Assembly: GCF_030028105.1 (NCBI RefSeq) | Contig: NC_092374.1 | Coordinates: 178,646,057 to 178,710,056, forward strand | Length of the DNA: 64,000 bases | Origin: Mobula birostris | Lineage: Eukaryota | Direction: 5' to 3' | Part shown: piece after piece, positions 22,601-35,919 of the stretch | Layout: the number at the start of each line of letters is the position of its first letter | How positions within the stretch are numbered: position 1 is the first letter of the stretch | Translations under genes and position numbers: made by a program | The notes under the pieces: model-generated | Database searches by the model: none | Told to the model about the DNA's origin: nothing | Seen by the model: the letters and a program-made list of their open reading frames with translations, nothing else

Positions 22601-23026
22601 TTTAATGCTTGCCCTGGATTTGTCGGCCTGTCACTTTTACTTTTCTCCATAGTACTTTTTGTTTCTACCCTCACTTTACACCCCTCTGCCTCTCTGCACT
22701 GGTTCCCATCCCCCTGTAGTGAACTAACCTCCTCACGCCTAGCCTCTTTAATTTGATTCCCACCCCCCAACCATTCTAGTTTAAAGTCATCTCAGTAGCC
22801 CCCGCTAATCTCCCTGCCAGGATATTGGTCCCCCTAGGATTCAGGTGCAACCCGTCCTTTTTGTACAGGTCATGCCTGCGCCAAAAGAGGTCCCAATGAT
22901 CCAAAAACTTGAATCCCTGCCCCCTGCTCCAATCCCTCAGCCACGCATTTATCCTCCACCTCATCGCATTCCTACTCTCACTGTCGCGTGGCACAGGCAG
23001 TAATCCCGAGATTACTACCTTTGCGG
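19648..23026 (-). mobile_element. Young CR1 LINE: ORF1 esterase C-terminus + near-intact ORF2
   Basis: ORFs 22776..22994 (DGLHL), 20734..22770 and 19738..20634 are broken only by in-frame TGA and TAG; tail at 19648-19665. Confidence 0.97.
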
Positions 23027-23409
23027 TAAAGGGATACCTCTACTTTCATCACAATAAAATAGTGTAAAGCAAACTTGATGCTTCCTGGGTATTAGATGAA
23101 AGTCCTTTTTCAGAAAGTGAAATTGATGAATGATAAATCTTAGTCCATTGTTATTAATGGCTGGAAGTCTGTTCAGTTTCTAGAAGTGAAACAGGAACAG
23201 TTGTTTGGGAAAAGTGTGTATGTTATAGTGAATAAACACTGTCAATAGATACACAAGGTGGACACACAATCTCGGTTTTCTTTGGTACTGGATAATTCTT
23301 TTCAGAGCTCATGAGAAAGAATTGTATTTAAGAGTATGCAGAAATTGAATCAATGAACTGATTGAAAATATAAGGTAGAGAAAGAAAATATGTCATCAGG
23401 TAGTTATTT

Positions 23410-23605
23410 ATTTAGTGATACAGTATGGAACAGGCCCTTTTGGCCCTTTGGGCCACACCGTTCCTGCAACCCCCGACCAACCAAATTAACCCCACGCATT
23501 CCACGGAGATCATTACAGATCAGCTCCAGAATTGAACTCCAAACTCCAGAATACCCTGAGCTGTAATAGCATTGCTCTAACTGCTCTGCTACTGTGGCAC
23601 CTGTA
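23410..23605 (-). mobile_element. V-SINE-like remnant
   Basis: tRNA-like head (gtgccacagtagcagagcagttagagc) and CR1-like tail on the minus strand; V core partly deleted. Confidence 0.55.
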
Positions 23606-25699
23606 TACATTGTAATAACTTCCTAATCAGAATCAGCAAAGTGCAGGACAGAATTGTAATTTGATTGTTTTTTCATGGCGATATTTGTGGTCTTGTGATG
23701 AAGGAACAGACTTGAAATAGTCCAGCCTCCCTCAAGGATATCCAGATCAAGTAGTAAAAGTATTCAAGCAATCCACAATCGATTGACAAGATCAGTTGAT
23801 AGCCCAAGTATGGCCCATGTTGAAAGTTACCATTGGCCTTTTATTGGGATACTAGTACCTGTATAGGTGCTAAAGTGAAGCAACAAAAAATGCTAAAGTC
23901 TAAGTCATATTTACACTGAAAACTGTTCTTAATATGTTACATTGCTGACAAATCACCAGATGAAAAGGTTAAATAGCTCAGGAAGGTGGGACAGATTTTT
24001 ATGAAATCAAGGAACTGACCCAGTCAACGCAGGATAGCTTTCAAAATAATGATACAACAGGCGAGGTTTAAACACGTTGCTGATTTATGGATTGATGATG
24101 AGTTTTGGTGCATTGAAACATTTGAGAACTGGAGTAATGTTGTCCATAATTTATTAATGATATAGTACTTTGTAGATTTCTGTACAGTATGACTACCTCT
24201 GTATGATGAAATGTATTTACTAAATGCAACTCAAACTGCTGTTGTGTGCTTGAGTAGATATTACTTCACTGTGAACTCTAAAGATGATGTAAAGTAAAAT
24301 CAGAAGGAAAATTATTTGACACCATGTCAGTATCACGCTAAATAAAAATTTAGAATGTTGAACAAATGAAAAATCAATGTGCCAGTTCTTTCTATTGTCT
24401 TTTAGTGGCAAAACAAATCTCATGGAAAGGAAAAACTCACTCATGTTCTCCATGTTTGGTTAACAGGTGAGGTTAGAAATGCAAGAGCATAGAAATAATA
24501 TGTGCTCAGAGACTTTGTTGCTAAAGTGGCAGTCCTTTGTTTTAACCTAACCATGTAGTCCACAAAAAATAAACCTTGATCCTCCATAGTTTCACAATAA
24601 TACAAAAAATAGAAGCAGGGGTAGGCCACTCAGTCTCTTAAGCATTCCCTCCCACTCAGTATAATCATTGCTGGTCTGCCCCCTGCCGCATCCCCATAGG
24701 TTACCTCTTCTCTCCCATTCCCACCTCGCCAACTCTTCAATAAGTTGCCAATGTGCACTGGTGATCTATTGGGACATTGGTAAATGTATATCTGGATGGA
24801 TGGAGGCCCTGAGCTTAATTTGTAACACAGGCCCAAACATTGAACACATTGCTGCTCAGTTCAAAAATTCCCCAGGGGAGCAACACCTAGGGAGCATAGC
24901 TTTAAGTGAGAAACTTTGAATAACGAAAATGAAAGCCAATGGATATAGGCCAATGGCAAGCAAATGGAACGTGCTTAGATGGGCACCTTAGTAGGCATGG
25001 AGAAGTTGGTCCGAAAGGCCAATTTCTATGCTGTTTTATTCTGACTTTCAAACAAAGTATTGGTTAATTGAGTGATCAAGTCGTACAGCACAGAAAAAAC
25101 ACTGTTCAATCCACCATTTCCACACCAATTAGTGATCACCCATCCGTATTAATGCCACCTTCCACACTTAGCCTGTAGCTTCCGTATCTAGGCAATTCCA
25201 TATACTGTATCTAGATTCTCCTTGAGTGCTATCAATGGCTCTCTTTCCACCACTCTCTCAAGTAGTGCATTCCAGTATTCTCTTGGCGAAACCAAATATT
25301 TCTTACATCCTAAGTTAGCAGCAAAATAAATTGCCTTAGTGATAGGTAAGCCGGTCTGATTGGTTATTTCATTCCTGGGAGCTCAATAAAGAAATGATCC
25401 CAGTATGATCAGTCCAAAGGCATTGTGTTCTTGATGGTCAGAAGATACACAGTGGCCAAGAATGTGGTCACACTACACCTTGTCAATAGTGGCCTTGTAA
25501 TTTTCTTGGTACTGATATCCACAAGCACAGGAAACCCAAGTCCAAAGTCAAGAACGTTTGACTTATCTGTAGACCAGGCCAAAGGCAAATGCCTTACCCT
25601 CTCTGCACTTTGGTGAAAAGACTTGCTCCCAACCCAGTGTTTACAACAGTAATGTCTGTTAGTTCTGGTTTGTGTACTCATGAATCAGCATGGGCATTT

Positions 25700-26040
25700 A
25701 ACCAAACTTTGCTCCCTTAGAAAGAGGCAGCATGGAAGCAGGTCCCTCACCACACCGTCCATGAGCATTGGACACCTGCTTTACACTAATCCTACTCTTA
25801 ACCCATTTTAATCTTCCTATATTCCCTATCAAGCTTCTCCATACCTCCCACTGACTTACATGCAATACACAGCGCCCTTTTAACCCACCAACTGCATGTT
25901 TTTGTGAGTAGTGAGGAAACCAGCGATCCTGGGACAAAGTGCAGTCACAGGGAGTACATGCAAACTCCACACAGACAGTACCGGAAATCAGGACTGAACT
26001 TGGGTCTCTGGAGATGTGAGGCAGCAGTTGTAACTACTGC
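25700..26040 (-). mobile_element. V-SINE (HE1-like)
   Basis: Minus strand ctgtgtggagtttgcatgtactccctgtgactgc...tggtttcctcactactc. Confidence 0.75.
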
Positions 26041-26199
26041 ATCACTATATAGCCCAGAGCATTTGTAACATTGTGCAAGCTGGGTGAATTCAAAGGCCTG
26101 GAGGGATACTCCAAGTTTATTTCATTTACTTCTATTTTCTGTCTAACATTTAATTTTCAGTCAACAAACAACTAATTATGATCCCTGATTATGCAATTA

Positions 26200-26850
26200 T
26201 CACAGAATCAAAGAAGTGTAGAGTACAGAAATGAGGCATTTTGGCCCATTTCCTTCGCACCAACCCATGGTGCCTATCTACAACAATCCCATTTACCTAC
26301 ATTAGGCAACTACCCCTGAATGCCTTTCCTAATTAAGTGCTTGTCCAAGTTCTTTGAAATGTTGTATCTGCCTCCATCATTCTGGCTGTTCATTCCAGAT
26401 ATTCAGCAATCTCCGTACAAAACACTTACTCCGAGGATCTCCTTTCATTGCCTTTCCTCTCGCCTTGAAACTGAACCTTCAAGTTCCAGATTCCCTGTGT
26501 GCGTTCTGGCACTTCCTGTGTCACCTTGCTTCTCATTTGAGATCATAGAAACATATAAACCCTACAGCACCATACAGGCCCTTCGGCCCACAAACCTGTG
26601 CCGAACATGTCCTTACCTAAGAAATTACCTGGGGTTACCCATAGGCCTCTATTTTTCTGAGCTCTGTGTACCTGTCCACAAGTCTCTTAAAAGACCCTGT
26701 TGTATCTGTCTCCACCACTGTCGCCAGCATCCCATTCCACACCCTCACCACTCTGCGTAAAAAACTTAGCCCTGACATCTCCTCTGTACCTACTTCCAAC
26801 ACCTTAAAACTGTGCCCTCCCATGCTAGGCAATTCATCCCTGGGAAAAAG
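26200..26850 (-). mobile_element. Two CR1 3' fragments
   Basis: GHSFKV..RRVVRVWN remnant (ORF 26635..26832) and CR1 3' UTR hairpins. Confidence 0.7.
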
Positions 26851-27554
26851 GGATCATTGGAGTAAATTTCTCCTTCCTCTGCAGAACTCCTGAACTTATA
26901 ATCTCAGACTCTATCCTCATGGCAGTTGCGTGGGGGTTCTCAGCAATCCTCTAGATAAAATTTGCCCAAATCTTCCAAAACTTACCAAGCAATGAACCGG
27001 GAAATAGACTATTCCCAGGCTGAGGAAGTAACGTACTCTTCCACTCACTGATAACAGGACACTGTGTGGAGAACGGATTACTCTTAGTCTGGAATTCTAG
27101 CTGCCAATTCCAGGCCAGAGTCTCCCAAGACAAGTACAACAGGCCACTTACCTGAATAGGAAAAATGAAATGGAGATACAGGAGACTATGGATGCTCGAA
27201 CGTGGAGCCACAAACAAACTACTGGAGGATTTCAGTGGGTGGGGCATCCGTGGAGGGTGTAGGAGGAACTGGCTGGTTTAGGAGGAGAGACAACAAGAAC
27301 CAGGACAAAGCAGATTGTCTTAACTGAGGAGAGGTAAGAAAAACTTCCCATTCAGTTTAATTAAGATGGTGACTATGATTCTAATAATGTGTGGGTTCAA
27401 CTTTCTTGACTTCTATAATTAAACAGTCTATAATCCAGCACCCTTAGGTTTTCAGTGGTATCAGACCAACGGATATTCCAGAGTTTTGGATATTACTCCT
27501 ATCAGCTCCTAAACATATTTTTTCACATGTTACACATGGGATAATACATTTTCC

Positions 27555-27960
27555 AGTGATCCCAGGGAGTTTATAGGCAGTAGGATGTGGAGACTGGAGA
27601 GAGTACATGAGAGGTCTGCAGGATACTGCCTGGATTAGAGGCTATGAACTTTAAGAGAAGGTTAGATAAAACTTCTTTTTACTGTAGAGCATCAAAGACT
27701 GAGGTGAGAACTGATTGAGGTGTTTAAAATTATGAGAGGAATAGATAGGTTGGACAGTCAGAATCTATTCCCAAAGCTAGCAATATCAAATGCCAGACAG
27801 CATACTTTCAAGGTTAGGGGGAGAAGTTTTTTACAGAGATTGGTAGGTGCTTGGTTATTGGAGATAGTAGATGAATCAAGCAGTTTGATGGGGTTTAAGG
27901 ACCTAGGTAGGTATAATATGAAGGGTATGGATGATACACCAGAGGAGGGCATTTAGTATG
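27555..27960 (+). mobile_element. Old CR1 3' fragment
   Basis: FKIMRGIDRLDSQNLFP...HTFKVRG remnant. Confidence 0.75.
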
Positions 27961-28351
27961 AACTAGCACATCTTCATTGGATGAATGGCTTATCCATTGT
28001 TCTATTCATACAGTCAGTCTGAGACCTTTTTCCAGGCAGAAACCAAACCTGCTTATGATGTTGGGGATGGGCATCAATGGAGTCTGCGGAGAGAATTTGT
28101 TTTGCAATCCTAGTGAACTTTATCTTCAACATGACAGTCTATGGGGCAAGCGAATTAACAATTGAGGCGTAGGGTTAATGATGGGGTACAGGGGTGGCAG
28201 TGCAGCCAATACAAAGTTCCTTCTGCTATCACATGTGGAGGGGCTGCGAAACAGCTTAAATTCTTCTCTTTAATGTCTCTTTTTACCTTTTTAAGGTGGC
28301 TGGGGTTTTGTTGTATTCTGTGATCTACAGCTGCACTCACTGGGGATGGGA

Positions 28352-31325
28352 CCCAGAGCGATAGAGCAGTGAAAGAAGTGCATGGAGTAAAGCCAAATCT
28401 AACATCCAGAGAGGCTTTGAGGAAAGAGAAGCAGAATAAACGGTGTAAATACAGTAAGGTAGAAGGGCTGAAATGTGTATACCTCAATGCAAGATGCATC
28501 AGGAACAAAGGTGATGAACTGAGAGCTTGGATACATACATGGAATTATGATGTAGTGGCCATTACAGAGACTTGACTGGCATCAGGGCAGGAATGGATTC
28601 AAAATATTCCTGGATTTCAGTGCTTTAAAAGGGATAGAGAGGGCGGGAAAAGGGGAGGAGGGGTGGCATTATTGGTCAGGGATACTATTACAGCTACAGA
28701 AAGGGTGGGTAATGTAGGAGGATCCTCTTTTGAGTCAGTGTGAGTGGAAGTCAGGAACAGGAAGGGAGCAGTTACTCTACTGGGGGTATTCTATAGGCCC
28801 CCTGGTAGCAGCAGAGATACAAAGGAGCAGATTGGGAGACAGATTTTGGAAAGGCGCAAAAATAACAGGGTTGTTATCATGGGTGACTTTAACTTCCCTA
28901 ATATTGATTGGCACCTGATTAGTTCCAAGAGTTTAGATGGGGCAGAGTTTGTTTAGTGTGTCCAGGACAGATTCCTGTCACAGTATGTGGACAGGCCGAC
29001 CGGGGGAATGCCATAATAGATCAAGTACTAGGTAATGAACCGGGTCAGGTCACAGATCTCTCAGTGGGTGAGCACCTGGGGGACAGTGACCACTGCTCCC
29101 TGGCCTTTAGCATTATCATGGAAAAGGATAGGATCAGAGAGGACAGGAAAATTTTTAATTGGGGAAAGGCAAATTATGAGGCTATAAGGCTAGAACTTGC
29201 GGGTGTGAATTGGGATGATGTTTTTGCAGGGAAATGTACTATGGACATATGGTCGATGTTTAGGGATCTCTTGTGGGATGTAAGGGATAAATTTGTCACG
29301 GTGAGGAAGATAAAGAATGGTAGGGTGAAGGAACCATGGGTGACAAGTGAAGTGGAAAATCTCGTCAGGTGGAAGAAGGCAGCATACATGAGGTTTAGGA
29401 AGCCAAGGATCAGATGGGTCTATTGAGGAATATACGGAAGCAAGAAAGAAGCTTAAGAAGGGGCTGAGAAGTGCAAGAAGGGGGCATGAGAAGGCCTTGG
29501 TGAGTAGGGTAAAGGAAAACCCCAAGGCATTCTTCAATTATGTGAAGAAAAAAAGGATGACAGGAGTGAAGGTAGGACTAATTAGAGATAAAGGTGGGAA
29601 GATGTGCCTGGAGGCTGTGGAAGTGAGCAAGGTCCTCAATGAATACTTCTCTTCGGTATTCAGCAATGAGAGGGAACTTTATGACGGTGCGGACAATATG
29701 AGTGAGGCTGATGTTCTGGAGCATGTTGATATTAAGGGAGAGGAACTTTTGGAGTTGTTAAAATACATTAGGACAGATAAGTCCCCGGGGCCTGACGGAA
29801 TATTCCGCAGGCTGCTCCACGAGGCGAGAGAAGAGATTGCTGAGCCTCTGGCTAGGATCTTTACGTCCTCGTTGTCCACGGGAATGGTACCGGAGGATTG
29901 GAGGGAGGCGAATGTTGTCCTCTTGTTCAAAAAAGGTAGTAGGGATAGTCCGGGTAATTATAGACCAGTGAGCCTTAAGTCTGTGGTGGGAAAGCTGTTG
30001 GAAAAGATTCTTAGAGATAGGATCTATAGGCATTTAGAGAATCATGGTCTGATCAGGGACAGCCAGCATGGCTTTGTGAAGGGCAGATCATGTCTAACAA
30101 GCCTGATAGAGTTCTTTGAGGAGGTGACCAGGCATATAGATGAGGGTAGTGCAGTGGATGTGATCTATATGGATTTTAGTAAGGCATTTGACAAGGTTCC
30201 ACAGGGTAGGCTTATTCAGAAAGTTAGAAGGCATGGGATCCGGGGAAGTTTGGCCAGATGGATTCAGAATTGGCTTGCCTGCAGAAGGCAGAGGGTAGTG
30301 GTGGAGGGAGTACATTCAGATTGGAGGATTGTGACTAGTGGTGTCCCACAAGGATCTGTTCTGCGACCTCTACTTTTCGTGATTTTTATTAACGACCTGG
30401 ATGTCGGGGTAGAAGGGTTGGTTGGCAAGTTTGCAGACGACACAAAGGTTGGTGGTGTCGTAGATAGTACGGAGGATTGTCAAAGATTACAGAGAGACAT
30501 TGATAGGATGCAGGAGTGGGCTGAGAAGTGGCAGATGGAGTTCAACCCGGAGAAGTGTGAGGTGGTACACTTTGGAAGGACAAACTCCAAGGCAGAGTAC
30601 AAAGTAAATGGCAGGATACCTGGTAATGTGGAGGAGCAGAGGGATCTGGGGGTACATGTCCACAGATCCCTGAAAGTTGCCTTACAGGTGGATAGGGTAA
30701 TTAAGAAAGCTTATGGGGTGTTAGCTTTCATAAGTCGAAGGATAGAGTTTAAGAGTCGCGAAGTAATGATGCAGCTCTATAAAACTCTGGTTAGGCCACA
30801 CTCGGAGTACTGTGTCCAGTTCTGGTCACCTCACTATAGGAAGGATGTGGAAGCATTGGAAAGGGTACAGAGGAGATTTACCAGGATGCTGCCTGGTTTA
30901 GAAAGTATGCATTATGATCAGAGATTAAGGGAGCTAGGGCTTTACTCTTTGGAGAGAAGGAGGATGAGAGGAGACATGATAGAGGTGTACAAGATAATAA
31001 GAGAAATAGATAGAGTGGATAGCCAGCGCCTCTTCCCCAGGGCACCACTGCTCAATACAAGAGGACATGGCTTTAAGGTAAGGGGTGGGAAGTTCAAGGG
31101 GGATATTAGAGGAAGGTTTTTTACTCAGAGAGTGGTTGGTGCGTGGAATGCACTGCCTGAGTCAGTGGTGGAGGCAGATCACTAGTGAAGTTTAAGAGAC
31201 TACTAGACAGGTATATGGAGGAATTTAAGGTGGGGGCTTATATGGGAGGCAGGGTTTGGGGGTCAGCACAACATTGTGGGCCGAAGGGCCTATACTGTGC
31301 TGTACTATTCTATGTTCTATGTTCT
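28352..31325 (+). mobile_element. CR1 LINE ORF2 (APE+RT), same subfamily as copy A
   Basis: YLNARCIRNK, GDFN and SDH motifs; ORF 29497..31185 RT (FADD); (TTCTATG)n tail at 31308-31327. Confidence 0.97.
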
Positions 31326-31329
31326 AAAT

Positions 31330-31990
31330 GGTGGTTCTTTATGGCGGTGGGATCTCGCTTCTGGAGCTCACCAATCGGCCATTTTCGATATCTCCAGGAG
31401 AGGCTTGAAAGACTTGCAGCTTCGGGGTGTGGCTTCAAGGAACCCCTGTGGCCTCGAGTCCTTGCTGGTGTCAGCAACTGAGGCATCGCAGGAGAACAAC
31501 TGACAGAACATCGTGACAGCGGGTGCAGCTGTCAGAGGCCTCTGCATTCTCTCTCTCTTGGAGAAACTTGGAATAAAAGCGATGCTGCAGATTGTAACGT
31601 CGTAACAGCCAGCTGTTTGTTGGACTCCCCTCTCTCTGGAAAGGGTGCCATCTCTCTCTCCCTTGTTAGTGAGAAAGAGAGAGCCTGCGCCATGTTGAAT
31701 TGTTGGGTGAACAATGGTTCTTGTTAGACTGCAGATCATGGTCTCACTTTGGGGGTTTGTTATTGCTTACTTGGCAGGTGGTGGGCATTGATGTTTCCTG
31801 CTGAAACAAGTGGGGCAAGGGGGAGGGGGAGTGCTGATGCTTTGTTGCTGCATGTGCGTGGGGGGCCTTTGGGTTTCTAGCATTTTTGTGTTATTCATTC
31901 TTTCGGGTTTTCTTGTTTCATGGATGTTGGTGAAGAGTAAGAATTTCAGGTTGTATACTGTATACTATATTCTGTGATATTAAATGAACC
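31330..31990 (+). mobile_element. Unclassified non-coding interspersed repeat (SINE-like)
   Basis: 3' end (tcatgg.tgt..gtga.gag..gaat.tcaggttgtatactg...aaatg) recurs at about 32410-32510 and 44530-44620. Confidence 0.5.
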
Positions 31991-34589
31991 ATTTATTTTT
32001 TAAAGAAAACTTCTCCGCTGACTGAGCAGCTTCCCAAGGTACAACAATCCTTTAGCACGGCTCCCCTGACCATACGGTGCTGAGCTGATACTTCCCAGCC
32101 AACAGCACTTCTTTCACCCTGTATGAAACTAATCTCATTCTCTTTCACTTCACTTTCATTGCGTATTCTAGTTTCTACTTCTGCTTCTGCTTTCCTTGTA
32201 ATATGGTTCATATTATGATGCATTTCTTGTTTCTGATTGCTCCTCTTTGTTTGCTATTTTTGGGTGTTTTTGATTGGGCGGACTGCAGGTAATGAATTGA
32301 GTTGAACTGAATATGCCTGAACTCTTTCAATGTTATGTTTTATATTCTGTGCTTTTCTCATTTTTTCTGTTTCTGCATGGAGGGAGGGGTTGATGTTTTT
32401 CTTTGAACAGGTTCCTTGGTTTTCTTTCCCTCATGGCTGTCTGTGGAGAAGACGAATCTTAGGGACGTATACTAATGTTTTGATCATAAATGGACTTTGA
32501 ATCTGTTGCAGTGCTGTTTTTCTGCACTGACCATTTACAACCAGAGCTGTGGTTTGCTAATGTCATGTTACTCTGTGATTCACAAAGAACTATTTGACTG
32601 CCTGTTCCTTCGCTTTCCGGTTTCGTAAAAAAGTGACCACTCGTTTCTTACCTTGTGAGCCTCCTACAGACCCATCATGATGAAGAGTCTTGGCCCAAAA
32701 CTTTGACTGTTTATTTCCTTCCATAGGTCTTGTTGTCAAGCTGAGTTCCTCCAGTTTTTTGTGTGTATATATCCATCTTTCAAGCCTTTCTCCTCTGTGT
32801 TCTACTCCTTTAGGTAAACACTCTCCCCACTTTGTCATTACATGCATCACCCTTTCGATCTCCATCTTCCTTCGTTTGACCATCCCAACCCCTCAAAACC
32901 TGAAGGGTTATCACTTCTGTATCTGCCGCAAGCTACTGGCCCCTGTCCCTCAAGTAGCTAGATCCCAGACTCCTTTCCTAAGACTCCTTGCTAATACCCC
33001 ACTATTCATTACAAGCCTGTGTAGTTTGACCTACTGTCTGTAATGTCAAATCACTCTCTGTAGAGTCCTCGCATGCTTACCCGTGTACAAAGATCTAGAT
33101 CTGTTCTGCACTGTGAGCACTAGACACTACCCCAGACCATGGTGTCTCTTGCAGCTGGAGATTCCACAGGAGACTGTCTTCAAGCTTACTGATGGGACAG
33201 TCTTGAGACAGACCCTGCCCTGGTTTGCGAGCTTAAGTTGTACATAGGCCAATGATTTTGATGTTCGTAAACATTCAAAATCCCAGAATTTTGACAGTTT
33301 GGTGTCTAGCTGACTCATTATCCCAGGAAGTGAGCTGGATGTCCAGAGTATGAATGGGGTGTGACAGCAAGACATAAGCGTGGGATCCGTCCTTTCAGCC
33401 CATCGAGATTGCCATTGAATTATGGTTGAATTATTTTTCCCCCTCAAGTCCATTCTGCCTTCTCCCTATAAACTTAATGTACTTTCTCATCAAGGACTTT
33501 ATCACCTCTGCTTTAAATATACCCAAGTTATTTAACCTCCACAGCTGTCTACGGGAATGTGTACAGCCAGAGTTTGGGGTCCTGACTGTGGACAACGCGT
33601 GTGGCTGGTGCCAAGGATGGAGTCTGGAACACCAGAGGGTGAATGATGAATTCTCTGCTTTACTTTTGCTTTGTTGCAGAGTGACAGTGCAGAAACACAA
33701 AGTAAGTAGTGAGGAGAGGAATAACAACATACTGTTTGCAGGCCGTTTAGAAACTGGATAATGGAGAAACTGTTTCTGAATTGCTTATGGTGGGTTTTCA
33801 GACTTCTCGACATCATCCTGATGGTAATAATGGTTGGTCGTGGATCCAGACAAACCCTGAATTTACTCCAGACTCTCTCCATTGCCAGCACATTCCATAA
33901 TCTGGTATTCACCAATAGTGGCCTAACCAATCTTGGAAAGTTGCAACATAATGTACCAACTTTTATATTCTGTGCCAAGACCCATGAAGGTAACCCTGCT
34001 ATATGCCTTCTTCATCACTCTATAGATCTATGCGCAACTGTCAGGGAACTATTGTAGGGTAACGTAATTGCGAGAAATGGACATAATTCACAACCATTGA
34101 CATTGAGTTGGGGTTCCGCTTCAAGAGGTTGGTCTGACATGATGACATTACATAGAGATTTTTAGTGTGTTTTAGAGTTATAAATGTGTTACAGGCTCTC
34201 AGACGATTCCAGAATTATTGAACACGTCGGGCAACACAATCGCTTTGAAACTGCCAAAGTTTTGCAAGCAAAGTGCCGTCACTTTTATCATACAAGCTGA
34301 GGCACGTTCACTCTGCAAGAAATCACCACCAATGACACCAAATTTTACCACATGGTAGCATCACTCAGCATTTCTATGGCTACAAGAGTGGTGAGTCTGC
34401 TTGAACACCCGCCTGAACACAATAACTACCAATTGCTGAAAACTACCCTTTTACACAATTTTGTTCTATTGGAGTCTGAGTGTGCCAAACAGTTGTTCTT
34501 CTTATCCAGTCACGGTGATTCTAGACCTTTGAAGATAATGGACCATATACTGTATCTCCTGGGAAATCAGCATCTTTGTTTTATTTTTT

Positions 34590-35190
34590 AAAAACTCTTC
34601 ATGCAGTTAATGCTTGATCAAGTTTGCATAGCCCTCACTAATGCACCCATGATGGACTATAGTGAGCTTGCTAAAAAGGCTGATAGTCTACACTCAGCTA
34701 GGCAGTGGTGCATCATTCCTCCTCCTTTCTCTACCTCAATAAGCCCAGTCAGAAAGGTCCCCAACAAGAGGATGCCCGTGGCTGTGAAACTAACAATGTT
34801 GGGTCTGTGCTTTTATCATGCTCACTTTATTCCAAACATGAAGAAGTGCCGGCCATTTTCTGCTTTGACACTTCCAGGACATTGGGACATCAGAGATCTG
34901 TGAACACCGTGAGCTTCAACTGCCAGGGTTGTCTGCTATTCATTATGGACATCTATTCAAGGTGACGCTTCCTGTGTGACACGTGCTCAAGTGTGTGTGC
35001 TGCCAGCATAGCCTATTGAGCAGAAGGCAAAGAGCTATGAGGTCTTTCTGGAGGCTGACAACGGCAGCAAGATCCGGACTTAAAGGACACGACAGGTGTC
35101 GCTCTGCTTCAGTGGGTGACATTACACATGGGACTTTGTCCTTGCTAAAGTGGCTGGACCTCTGCTCGATGTAGATTTCCTGTGTGTCCA
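34590..35190 (+). mobile_element. Degenerate Ty3/Gypsy gag C-terminus + aspartic protease
   Basis: LCFYHAHF...KKCRP knuckle-like segment, then LLFIMD...RFLCDT.AQVCVLP...ADNGSKI...PLLDVDFL. Confidence 0.75.
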
Positions 35191-35360
35191 AGGAAACTTT
35201 CCTGAACACATTTGACAAACTCTATTCCATCCAATCCTTTTACAGTTTGGGAGTCCCAGTCAATATGTGGAAAGTCAAATTCACATACTATCACAACCTT
35301 ATGTTTCTTGCAACAGCGTGCGATCTCTCTACAAATTAGTTCCTGTAAAGCCCACAGATG
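35190..35360 (-). mobile_element. CR1 endonuclease fragment
   Basis: ICREIA..CKKHKVVIV.EFDFPHIDWDS, near-identical to part of ORF 2124..3449. Confidence 0.8.
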
Positions 35361-35919
35361 TTCTCCACTGCCAGGATGAAGCACAATGCAAACTGGAGGA
35401 GCAACATCTTATAGACAGCCTGGATTGTTTATGACTCAACGGCTTGAATACTCAGTTGTTCAATTTTAGTTTAACACACCTTCCACCCACTTTAACCCCT
35501 CTCCACATATCCCTTTTTCTCCCTCTCCTTCTGACCTTCCAGTCCTCCCACTTTTGTCCCCTTTCCCACACCCACCCCTAGCTTCTCACTCACCTTCATC
35601 CCCGCCCCTCCTTTACTCATATATCACCCTTCTTACCTCCTGTCACCAGATCTCTCCTGTCCTCACATTGTCCTTCTCCATCTGTTTTTCTTTCCTCTTT
35701 CCTCCCTCTTTGTCTTCCTTCATCTATCATTTACCTTCCACTGTCTCCCAACTCCAATTCCGCTCATCTACCCTACCTGTCTGTCATCTCACACCCTTCC
35801 TCAGTCCACCAGTTAACTACGAGTCCCTTTCCCAAAATCAAATTTCTTTAACGAAACTGTTCTTCTTTTCCAATGCATCCCTTCACACTTACACCCATAA
35901 CACCACTGAGCCATAGATA

